Source of the DNA: Candidatus Kaiserbacteria bacterium CG10_big_fil_rev_8_21_14_0_10_47_16
GTDB lineage: Bacteria; Patescibacteriota; Minisyncoccia; Phycocordibacterales; UBA918
Length of the DNA: 64,000 nt
Direction of reading: 5' to 3'
Assembly: GCA_002773395.1 (NCBI GenBank)
Contig: PFBI01000006.1
Coordinates: 12,049-76,048 of the forward strand
The notes under the pieces are model-generated. The model made no database searches, was not told where the DNA came from, and saw nothing but the letters and a program-made list of their open reading frames with translations. Position 1 is the first letter of the stretch. Each line of letters starts with the position of its first letter. Shown here in pieces: positions 28,021 to 36,647 of the stretch. The translations under genes were made by a program, and so were the position numbers.

Positions 28021-28617
28021 CTAGACACTCCACGGAATTTCATACTGTGTAAATTCAGGAAGAAGTTTCTTGCCGTACAACAGTCGAGACGTTACTTCCG
28101 CATGAGAGATTGCGCCGGTGAGCGCATTGTGTGGCTGCGGTTCATCAGGAATACCACAGTACTGTAATACTGCATCAAGATTAAGCGCCGATCGTTTATG
28201 TTGTGCATCAATAGGAGGATTCTTTCCAGATTTCACAATATGCATCCAGCACAGCGTATGCGTATCAATCGTTCGATACGCTAAATCCCACGGAAGTCCC
28301 GCTCGTTCTGCGGCAGCTCTTATAAAATCACGATCAAAGGAAACGTTTTGCCCCGTAAGCGTACGGTCAGCGAGACTCATAGACCATTCAAGGAATTCTG
28401 TCACAAGCTCCGCTTCAGTCTTTTTACTTGGATCAGTAATCTCTGCTTCAGTAAATCCATTCACGGCAAGTGCTCCCTCCATAATGTGAGCACCGTCCCA
28501 AATGCGGCACTCTCCATAAAATTGATTTTCTGGATTATCAAAATCAAGTGCACCAATCGATACGATTGAATGCTTTCCGTACTCTGTTCCGGAAGCTTCA
28601 ACATCTAAAATTAACAT
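28021..28617 (-). CDS. DEDDh 3'-5' exonuclease
   Basis: LDVEASG, QNVSFD, HNAL (last Asp appears replaced by Gly). Confidence 0.85.
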   Translation of the reverse strand: MLILDVEASGTEYGKHSIVSIGALDFDNPENQFYGECRIWDGAHIMEGALAVNGFTEAEITDPSKKTEAELVTEFLEWSMSLADRTLTGQNVSFDRDFIRAAAERAGLPWDLAYRTIDTHTLCWMHIVKSGKNPPIDAQHKRSALNLDAVLQYCGIPDEPQPHNALTGAISHAEVTSRLLYGKKLLPEFTQYEIPWSV

Positions 28618-28641
28618 GTCAGTATTTTATCATAGCCACCA

Positions 28642-29019
28642 TTAAATCCCTTTGCAGTTTGCTGCGGGAGTATATCCTGCCGCTTCTGCCTCTGCTTTAC
28701 TATTGAAATATATCTTATTCTCTTCTTTTATTTGCTTTGCGCCGCCACACCATGGCAGGTGATACTTGGCGCCACTTTTTGAAGCGATGTAGAGTATGCT
28801 ACTGCTTGCACTTGGAGGACTTTCAGCTGGTAATTGCTCCACAGTCCCTGTGACTGCGGCTGCGGGAAGCACGCCTGAAGCCTGTTCTACCGACCCTCTT
28901 CCAAGCCCAAACGCGACGATCCCCACGAGAAGGATCAGGGTAATGGTAAACGCCTCATCATCCAAAAGGAGTCCTACGGCCCTGCTCTTGAGTTTTCCTA
29001 TACTTTCTTGTATACTCAC
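28642..29019 (-). CDS. Membrane protein with Ada-metal-binding-like C-terminal domain
   Basis: TM then ASKSGAKYHLPWC..A..I...N..YF....A.AAGY.PA..C. Confidence 0.8.
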   Translation of the reverse strand: MSIQESIGKLKSRAVGLLLDDEAFTITLILLVGIVAFGLGRGSVEQASGVLPAAAVTGTVEQLPAESPPSASSSILYIASKSGAKYHLPWCGGAKQIKEENKIYFNSKAEAEAAGYTPAANCKGI

Positions 29020-29046
29020 AACGTTAATTTTACAGCATAGTTACCT

Positions 29047-29334
29047 ATGGCACATAAGAAAGCCGGTGGATCGGCAAAAAACCTCAGAGACTCACAGCCA
29101 AAATACCTTGGTGTGAAGCGTGCAGATGGTCAAACAGTGAAAACTGGTGAGATTATTGTACGTCAGCGCGGTACAAAGATTGAGGCTGGAAAGAACGTAC
29201 AGGTTGGAAAAGACCACACTCTTTTCGCAATGCAGCCTGGTGTTGTCTCATTCCGCAATACACGAAAGACACGATTTGACGGACGTACCGTTGGAAAGAA
29301 AATGGTGGATGTCCTTGCAGCAGTTGCAAAATAA
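29047..29334 (+). CDS. rpmA: 50S ribosomal protein L27
   Basis: [26 protein letters not shown]. Confidence 0.98.
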   Translation: MAHKKAGGSAKNLRDSQPKYLGVKRADGQTVKTGEIIVRQRGTKIEAGKNVQVGKDHTLFAMQPGVVSFRNTRKTRFDGRTVGKKMVDVLAAVAK

Positions 29335-29344
29335 TCTCCTTATA

Positions 29345-29381
29345 TACAAAAACCCCGCGGCATTGCCGCGGGGTTTTTGTA
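29345..29381. terminator. Bidirectional terminator
   Basis: TACAAAAACCCCGCGGCA-T-TGCCGCGGGGTTTTTGTA. Confidence 0.85.
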
Positions 29382-29392
29382 TATTCCCTTCT

Positions 29393-30088
29393 CTACTCAA
29401 TCTTAATAGATTCAATAATCACTGCGTCTACGGGAAGATCTCGCTGACCTGTCTGAACACTTGAAATTGCGTCAACAACGTCCATTCCTTCAATAACACG
29501 TCCGAACACTGGGTGCTTCGATGTAAGCGGTTCTTTATCGAAGTCGAGACCTGTGTTATCCACAACGTTAATGAAGAACTGACTACCGCCAGAGTTTGGC
29601 TGTCCGGTGTTTGCCATTGCAATCGTACCTCGCGCATTTGTGAGAAGTGCACCGCTTACAAATTCATCTTGAATCGTGTATCCCGGACCGCCTGTGCCGT
29701 AGGTTGCAACATTTTCAGTCTTTGAATTTGGATCTCCGGCCTGGATCATAAAGTTTGGAATTACCCGATGGAACTTTGTGCCATCGTAATATCCTGATTC
29801 CGCAAGTTTAACGAAGTTTGCGGTCGTAATAGGCATTTGGTCTTCGAAAAGCTCCATCTTAAATACTCCTTTATTTGTATTGAATACTGCAGTTCTATTC
29901 ATATCGTTTGTTACATCTGGGTTAGCGACGGCTAATTCTTTTGGTGAAAGTGGCCCATTGAGTGCTTTATCTTCACTGAGAAGTGTCTCTGGCGTACCGC
30001 CATCACGCATGACAACAAGTGCTGCGAGTGCTCCGAGCAGGAGTGCCGACACGAGTAGGATAATGATGATTTGTTTGTAGTCCCCCAT
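29393..30088 (-). CDS. Membrane-anchored cyclophilin-type PPIase
   Basis: FHRVIPNFMIQAGDP, AMAN, GSQFFI, VFGRV. Confidence 0.95.
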   Translation of the reverse strand: MGDYKQIIIILLVSALLLGALAALVVMRDGGTPETLLSEDKALNGPLSPKELAVANPDVTNDMNRTAVFNTNKGVFKMELFEDQMPITTANFVKLAESGYYDGTKFHRVIPNFMIQAGDPNSKTENVATYGTGGPGYTIQDEFVSGALLTNARGTIAMANTGQPNSGGSQFFINVVDNTGLDFDKEPLTSKHPVFGRVIEGMDVVDAISSVQTGQRDLPVDAVIIESIKIE

Positions 30089-30090
30089 AG

Positions 30091-30531
30091 TTACTCTTTT
30101 GTGATTGAGAGTGTAAAGGTGCCTTTTAGATCACCTGAAGAAATGGCAATCTCGTGTTCACCAACTTCTTTGAGTGGGCTATGGAGTGCAATATGATCAG
30201 CATCAAGAGGACCAACTTCTTTTGTGACCTGTGCCGCAATATCTGTTGCCTTCACACTCTTAAAGAGGTGACCTTGTTCATTGGCTGATACAGGGAGCGT
30301 TACGGTCGTGCCCTCGAGCTTTTTAAGCGTGTCTTCAAATGTTGAAGCGGCTCCTGCTCGTACCTCATCTACCTTCTTCATACGTTCTTTCAAACGACGC
30401 ATGTTTTCTGGTGTTGCGGGTTCAGCAAGACGCTTTGGAATTAGCATGTTGAGTGCATGTCCATCGGGTACAACCTTCATTTCGAATCGGCGTCCAATAC
30501 GCGCTACGTCCTGTAATAAGATTACTTTCAT
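30091..30531 (-). CDS. rplI: 50S ribosomal protein L9
   Basis: MKVILLQDV, V.DGHA.N.LIP, G.LF.SV, PLK.VGEH. Confidence 0.95.
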   Translation of the reverse strand: MKVILLQDVARIGRRFEMKVVPDGHALNMLIPKRLAEPATPENMRRLKERMKKVDEVRAGAASTFEDTLKKLEGTTVTLPVSANEQGHLFKSVKATDIAAQVTKEVGPLDADHIALHSPLKEVGEHEIAISSGDLKGTFTLSITKE

Positions 30532-30615
30532 CCTAATATCATCATAATTACCGTTAAATGTACGGAGACTATAGCATATTCTTATATAGGGTGCATGAAT
30601 AGACTTTTATATAGC

Positions 30616-30645
30616 AAAAGCCCGGCGCGTACGCGCCGGGCTTTT
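30616..30645. terminator. Intrinsic terminator
   Basis: Perfect palindrome AAAAGCCCGGCGCGTACGCGCCGGGCTTTT. Confidence 0.8.
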
Positions 30646-30660
30646 CCAGTGTTGTTCGAG

Positions 30661-30786
30661 CTATGCAGCTGGAGTTTCTTCTGGGGTTTCCTCCGCTGGA
30701 GTTTCCGGAGCTGCTTCTGGTGTTGCTTCTGCTGGAGTATCTCCTGCAGGAGTCATTGTTGGGTCTGTTGTAGTTTCTTCCATCAT
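30661..30786 (-). CDS. 41-aa acidic Pro/Glu/Thr/Ala-rich microprotein
   Basis: Manual translation MMEETTTDPTMTPAGDTPAEATPEAAPETPAEETPEETPAA; host-like codons; terminator follows. Confidence 0.65.
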   Translation of the reverse strand: MMEETTTDPTMTPAGDTPAEATPEAAPETPAEETPEETPAA

Positions 30787-30986
30787 AACAATGCATTGTT
30801 AACTAGTAGAGGTGCATGGTATCAAAGATCGAGGATATAGCTACCCGAGAAATACACAGCGCCACTTAATTACCAATGATGCAACTTTTCATTTTTTCAG
30901 TATACTGACCACACTTGCGCGGTTAGCTCAGGGCAGAGACAAAATAGTATGGGATACTATTTTACGATTGACATTGAATATATTGT

Positions 30987-31059
30987 GAGCGATTAGCTCA
31001 GCTGGTAGAGCGCTACATTGACATTGTAGAGGTCACAGGTTCAAGTCCTGTATCGCTCA
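30987..31059 (+). tRNA. tRNA-Val(GAC), CCA not encoded
   Basis: Full cloverleaf: GAGCGAT/ATCGCTC acceptor, CTACA-TTGACAT-TGTAG anticodon arm, ACAGG-TTCAAGT-CCTGT T arm. Confidence 0.97.
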
Positions 31060-31218
31060 CAATATATTTAAGACAGTCACAAATTGACCTAATTTTTAAG
31101 AAGCGAAGCGACTATAAAAATGGAAATGTCCTTGTGGCGCAAGCCCTGTATCGCACATTAGATAAAAAGAACCCCGTTTGTTTAGAACGGGGAATTTTTT
31201 ATATGGATGCCCATACGC

Positions 31219-31515
31219 TTACTCTGTCGAGAGTGTGCGTATTTTTTCAACAAGTGCCGCCAACATACCCGCTCTTCTTTTGGGACATTTGGGTATTTGA
31301 ACGCCCTGCTTCCACTGCGAATACATACCCTGATTCACTCCACAGATATAAGATATCTCTTTGTTTGGCAGACCGCAGGTAATATTTGCAAGTCGCACCA
31401 AAGCAATAAATATATTTCTGTCCATGAAATCGAGCTCAGTCGCATACGACACAAAGTCTGTCCGGACCTTTTGCAAAAATATTTTCTCAGTCTTCCGTAA
31501 CGAACACATGCTCAT
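31219..31515 (-). CDS. Orphan protein with possible XRE-type helix-turn-helix
   Basis: NKEISYICGVNQGMYSQWKQG..P pattern; purine-rich RBS; TTGACA upstream. Confidence 0.55.
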   Translation of the reverse strand: MSMCSLRKTEKIFLQKVRTDFVSYATELDFMDRNIFIALVRLANITCGLPNKEISYICGVNQGMYSQWKQGVQIPKCPKRRAGMLAALVEKIRTLSTE

Positions 31516-31618
31516 CCCCTTTATGTTCTTGATTCAATGTATAAAATACAATTTTTATTTAATATGTCAATACTCTCCTTTACGCTTGTCTCAAAATAAG
31601 GTTAATATGTGATTACCT

Positions 31619-32803
31619 ATGAATATCCTCTCAATTGAAACATCGTGTGATGAAACAGCGGTCAGTATCGTCCGTGCTGACGGTGATTTTCCTGATGCGA
31701 CGTATACACTCCTCGGAAATGCGCTTTTTTCACAAATTGATATCCACCGTGAGTACGGCGGCGTATTCCCAATGGTTGCAAAACGTGAGCACGCAAAGAC
31801 TCTCGTACCAATGACGGAGCGTGCTCTGAAAGAAGCGGAGCTTCTTTCAGAGCACGCGGAAAAGCTAGAAAGTGATACCGATGAATCACTCCGTACACTT
31901 TTTTACCGCGAGGAAGAACTTGCAGACGCCCTTATTCCGTTTGTAGAAACTTATGCAAAGCCCGATATTGATGTAATCGCAGTCACTCACGGTCCTGGAC
32001 TTGAGCCTGCACTCTGGGTTGGCGTCAATTTTGCAAAAGCACTTGCGATGCTGTGGGGCATTCCTGTAGTAGGAACGAACCATATGGAAGGCCACGTCCT
32101 TGCGTCTGTTTTTGATGGAACAAAGCTTGCGCCACTTTCCTTCCCTGCGGTAAGTCTTCTTATTTCTGGAGGTCACACAGAACTCCTTAAAATGAAAAGC
32201 TGGACAGAATACGAAATGCTCGGGCAAACACGCGATGACGCAGTCGGTGAAGCCTTTGATAAAGCAGCGCGTATGATGGGACTTCAATATCCTGGAGGCC
32301 CTGAGATTAGTGTGCGAGCTGCTCGTGCACGCGAAAAGAATCTTCCGCCGTACACAAAACTTCCAAAACCGATGATTGACTCGGGTGATTGCGATTTTTC
32401 ATTTTCTGGACTGAAGACTGCAGTACGATACGCAATTCGAGATATCACTGGTGAAAAAGAAATGACCGAAGAGGAGCGCGAGGCGCTCTCGCGTGACTTT
32501 GAAGACGTGGTCACTGAAGTGCTTCTGAAAAAATCTATTCTCGCTGTTGAAGAATCGAACGCGCATGCACTTATTCTTGGTGGCGGTGTAACAGCGAACT
32601 CATACATTCGAGAACAATTCAAACTCTATTTTAATAAAAAATATCCAGATCTTGCGCTCCATTTCCCCGAACGGAATCTCTCGACTGATAACAGCATCAT
32701 GATTGCTCTTGCCGGCCACGCACGTCTCGATGAGAGTCATTCCGCAGAAGGCACTCAGACGAGCCTAAAGGCCGATGGAAATCTCTCACTTTCGCAGGGA
32801 TAA
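31619..32803 (+). CDS. tsaD: tRNA N6-adenosine threonylcarbamoyltransferase
   Basis: IETSCDET, GPGL, NHMEGH, SGGHT, DDAVGEAFDK, FSFSGLKT, TDN. Confidence 0.97.
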   Translation: MNILSIETSCDETAVSIVRADGDFPDATYTLLGNALFSQIDIHREYGGVFPMVAKREHAKTLVPMTERALKEAELLSEHAEKLESDTDESLRTLFYREEELADALIPFVETYAKPDIDVIAVTHGPGLEPALWVGVNFAKALAMLWGIPVVGTNHMEGHVLASVFDGTKLAPLSFPAVSLLISGGHTELLKMKSWTEYEMLGQTRDDAVGEAFDKAARMMGLQYPGGPEISVRAARAREKNLPPYTKLPKPMIDSGDCDFSFSGLKTAVRYAIRDITGEKEMTEEEREALSRDFEDVVTEVLLKKSILAVEESNAHALILGGGVTANSYIREQFKLYFNKKYPDLALHFPERNLSTDNSIMIALAGHARLDESHSAEGTQTSLKADGNLSLSQG

Positions 32804-32847
32804 CGCCTTTTAGAGCGTCATTTTCCGTGCTACTATCGGCTTTATAT

Positions 32848-35061
32848 ATGGAGGAGAAATCATCACAACTACCGGAAATCTTTTTGAAGCCGTATGACGC
32901 ACAGGCGCATGAAAAGAAATGTTATGAAATGTGGGAATCCTCAGGCCTCTTTAATCCTGACGTGAGTGTTGAAAAAGGTATAACGCAGAAAGATGCGGAA
33001 ACATTTTCAATGGTGCTTCCGCCGCCAAACGTCACCGGTCACCTCCACATGGGAAGTGCGCTTATGCTTGCCATTGAAGACATGATGGTTCGTCATGCGC
33101 GCATGCAAGGAAAACGAACACTTTGGATTCCGGGGACAGACTCAGCGGCAATCGCAACGCAGGCTCGCGTAGAAAAAGATATTCAAAAAGAAGAAAAGAA
33201 AACGCGTCACGATCTTGGACGTGAAGAACTTCTTAAGCGTATTGATGCATTCGTCGAGAAAAATAAAAGTCACATGATCGGTCAGATGCGCGCAATGGGG
33301 GCATCGCTCGACTGGAGTCGCTATGCGTATACGATGGATGACGCGCGATACGACGCGGTGATGGAAGCGTTTATCCAAATGCATGCCGCAGGGCTCATTT
33401 ACCGCGGGAACCGCATTGTAAACTGGGATCCAAAAGGCCAGACGACAATTTCTGACGATGAAATTGTCTATGAAGAGCGAAAAGCCACGCTCTATACATT
33501 TAAATATTCAAAGGACTTCCCTATTCCAGTTTCAACAACCCGTCTTGAAACAAAAGTTGGGGACGTCGCCGTCGCAGTACATCCAGATGACGCACGCTAC
33601 AAGGAATTTGTTGGAAAGGAGTATGACGTGATGTTTTGTGATGTACCGCTTCATATAACTATTGTTGCTGATACTGAAGTTGATCCAGAATTTGGAACTG
33701 GCGCGCTCGGTGTCACTCCAGCACATAGTCATGTTGACTGGGAGATTGCCGACCGGCACGGCATCACAAATCGCCCTGCCGTTATTAATGAATACGCAAA
33801 GATGACCGTCGCAGGACATCTTGAAGGGATGAAGGTGAACGAAGCGCGGGAAGCGGTAGCAGAGTGGCTCCGTGCTGAAGATCTTCTTGAGAAAGAAGAA
33901 GAAATCACCCAAAACGTTTCTACTGCAGAACGCACAGGAGGTATCGTTGAACCACTCCCAAAGCTCCAATGGTGGATTGACGTAGATAAAACGTTCACAC
34001 TTCCCCATTCTGAGATTCCAGGTATTGAAAGCGGTTCAGAGACAACACTTAAAGAAATCATGCGGAGCGCGGTAAAAAGCGGCACTATTCAGTTTGTCTC
34101 AGAGCGTCATGAACGTGTATATATGAACTGGATCGACAACCTCCGGCCGTGGTGTATCTCACGACAAATCTGGTTTGGTCACCGTATTCCTGTTTGGCAC
34201 AAAGACGAAGAAATGAAAGTACAAGTTGAATCTCCAGGCGAAAGCTGGGAACAAGACCCCGATGTGCTCGATACGTGGTTCTCTTCTGGACTTTGGACGT
34301 TTAGTACACTCGGCTGGCCAAACGAGACTGACGACCTAAAAACATACCATCCAACGACACTCATTGAGAGCGGGTACGATATTCTTTTCTTTTGGATTGC
34401 ACGTATGGTGCTCATGAGCGGCTTTTTCCTTGGGCAGGTACCATTTAAGACCGTCTACCTTCACGGATTGGTACGTGATGGTCAGGGACGAAAGATTTCA
34501 AAATCACTTGGCAACAATATCGATCCTATCGATATGATCGAGAAGTACGGGACTGACGCCGTTCGTCTTTCACTCGTGACCAATATGGTCCCCGGAAGCG
34601 ATAGTCGAATCTCTGAAGACAAGATCCGTGGCTACAAGCACTTCGCAAACAAAATTTGGAATATCTCTCGGTTTGTTCTGGAGAACCGAACGGTTGATAC
34701 TGCCAAGGAAACACAGTGGGATGACGCCGACAAACGCGACCTCGCCGAACTCGATGCAACAATTACTGATGTGAACGGACATATGGAATCGCATCGTATC
34801 GACCTTGCAGTTGACGCTGTCTATCACTATGTATGGCATACGTTTGCCGATGAGGTGATTGAACGAAGTAAAGATGCGCTCAAGGGTGACGACGTATCTG
34901 CTCGTATTCGTACATCTCGCAAGCTCCAACACATCCTCACCACCTCACTTAAGCTCCTGCATCCGTTCATGCCGTTTGTGACTGAAGCTGTTTGGCAAGA
35001 ACTTCCAAAAGATATGAAAGACGCCGAACTTCTCATGGTAGCGAAGTGGCCGCGCACATAG
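32848..35061 (+). CDS. valS: Valine--tRNA ligase (short, no C-terminal coiled coil)
   Basis: PPPNVTGHLHMG, WCISRQIWFGHRIP, DVLDTWFSS, KISKS. Confidence 0.97.
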   Translation: MEEKSSQLPEIFLKPYDAQAHEKKCYEMWESSGLFNPDVSVEKGITQKDAETFSMVLPPPNVTGHLHMGSALMLAIEDMMVRHARMQGKRTLWIPGTDSAAIATQARVEKDIQKEEKKTRHDLGREELLKRIDAFVEKNKSHMIGQMRAMGASLDWSRYAYTMDDARYDAVMEAFIQMHAAGLIYRGNRIVNWDPKGQTTISDDEIVYEERKATLYTFKYSKDFPIPVSTTRLETKVGDVAVAVHPDDARYKEFVGKEYDVMFCDVPLHITIVADTEVDPEFGTGALGVTPAHSHVDWEIADRHGITNRPAVINEYAKMTVAGHLEGMKVNEAREAVAEWLRAEDLLEKEEEITQNVSTAERTGGIVEPLPKLQWWIDVDKTFTLPHSEIPGIESGSETTLKEIMRSAVKSGTIQFVSERHERVYMNWIDNLRPWCISRQIWFGHRIPVWHKDEEMKVQVESPGESWEQDPDVLDTWFSSGLWTFSTLGWPNETDDLKTYHPTTLIESGYDILFFWIARMVLMSGFFLGQVPFKTVYLHGLVRDGQGRKISKSLGNNIDPIDMIEKYGTDAVRLSLVTNMVPGSDSRISEDKIRGYKHFANKIWNISRFVLENRTVDTAKETQWDDADKRDLAELDATITDVNGHMESHRIDLAVDAVYHYVWHTFADEVIERSKDALKGDDVSARIRTSRKLQHILTTSLKLLHPFMPFVTEAVWQELPKDMKDAELLMVAKWPRT

Positions 35062-35133
35062 CCAAATCATCGACATTTTGTAAAAACGTGGTACTCTGAG
35101 GGCACTAACTTAGTGTTTTAGAACTGTTTACAT

Positions 35134-36636
35134 ATGAAAATTATAGGACGCCTACATCGACGTTATGGGAAACGCTTTATTTGGAGCGTTGCTGGAGCTG
35201 CACTCGTTATCATCATTATTATTGTGGTCGCTATTAAGAGTAGCGAAAATACCGCATCAATTGCTACAAATGTACCGCCAACAGTGGTGGTTTCAAGTGT
35301 TCGTGATATTTCAGGTAAAAATACTATCAATTTGATTGGTTCTGTCGAAGCTGTCGACGAAGTACGTCTTGAGACAGAGGCATCAGGCCGCATTACCAGC
35401 GTTGGTGTTGGACTTGGCGATTCAGTAGCTGCCGGACAAATCATTGCGCAAATTGAGAACGCGAGCGAATACGCTGCACTTCTCCAAGCGCAAGGATCCT
35501 ACGAAGCAGCAGTTGCTTCTTCACGTTCTACAAGTGTAAGTCTGATCAACGCACAAAGCGATGCAATCAACACCTACCGAAGTAGCTACTCAAAAACAAA
35601 CGACGTCATTCTTAATACAATCGATAGCCTCTTTTCAAATCCAAAAGCAATAACGCCAGGTGTCCGTATTCAGACTGGTAGTAATGTCGATATCCTCAAC
35701 AGCGAACGTTACGCTTTCAATACCATGCTCTCTGAGTGGCAGAAGCAGAGTGTTACTCTCACGACAAGCAGTGATCTCCATGCAGCGCTTCGTGAAGCAC
35801 GTGCAAACGTCACTCGCGTACAGAAGATGATCGATATCTTTATTCCGTATCTCGCATCAGAAGACGCGGGAACATTTACCGAAACACAACTCAGTACCAT
35901 CCGCTCAAACTTCGCATCGTCAGATACCGTTATTACTTCTCTCCTCAATTCAATTAATAGCGCCGAGGATACACTTTCACGCGCAGAACTCAGTAGCTCT
36001 GGAGGCGTTGTGTCTGCAGCTGACGCCCAAGTGAAGCAAGCACTCGGAAGTCTCAAGGCCGCTGAAGCAAACTATGCAAAAACAGTCATTCGGACTTCAA
36101 TTGCAGGTACGGTGAACTCCCTCTCAGTAAAAACTGGTGACTACGTATCAACATTCGCACCGGTCGCTATCGTGGCAAATAATAATGCGCTTGAAATCAC
36201 CACCTACGTTGGTGCATCAGATCGTGACCGTATCGCGGTTGGACAGAAAGTTATTATTGCAAAGAAATATACTGGCGTGGTAACGCAGGTTGCACCGGCC
36301 GTTGATCCTGTAACGAAAAAAGTTGAAGTAAAAATCCAAGCAGAGACAGCCGATATCTCAAACGGCGATACTGTCGACATTAGTATTACAACAACCAACG
36401 AAACAGCCGTCACCGTCGGTCCGATTCTCGTACCTATTACTGCAGTGAAGTTTAATGCTGAAAACGGTGACGTCTTCTCTGTTGTCGAAGGTCAACTCGT
36501 TTCTCATCCGGTGGTGATTGGGGATGTTCGCGGCGCCTTTGTTGAGATTCTTGATGGTATTACCTTCGATGATACGATCGTACTCGATGCTCGTGGTCTT
36601 AATGCTGGAGAACGTGTAGAAGCAATACTCCCCTAG
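35134..36636 (+). CDS. RND efflux membrane-fusion (adaptor) subunit
   Basis: N-terminal TM, lipoyl half-motifs around a long coiled coil, upstream of an AcrB-like gene. Confidence 0.88.
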   Translation: MKIIGRLHRRYGKRFIWSVAGAALVIIIIIVVAIKSSENTASIATNVPPTVVVSSVRDISGKNTINLIGSVEAVDEVRLETEASGRITSVGVGLGDSVAAGQIIAQIENASEYAALLQAQGSYEAAVASSRSTSVSLINAQSDAINTYRSSYSKTNDVILNTIDSLFSNPKAITPGVRIQTGSNVDILNSERYAFNTMLSEWQKQSVTLTTSSDLHAALREARANVTRVQKMIDIFIPYLASEDAGTFTETQLSTIRSNFASSDTVITSLLNSINSAEDTLSRAELSSSGGVVSAADAQVKQALGSLKAAEANYAKTVIRTSIAGTVNSLSVKTGDYVSTFAPVAIVANNNALEITTYVGASDRDRIAVGQKVIIAKKYTGVVTQVAPAVDPVTKKVEVKIQAETADISNGDTVDISITTTNETAVTVGPILVPITAVKFNAENGDVFSVVEGQLVSHPVVIGDVRGAFVEILDGITFDDTIVLDARGLNAGERVEAILP

Positions 36637-36647
36637 CCATATTCTGT

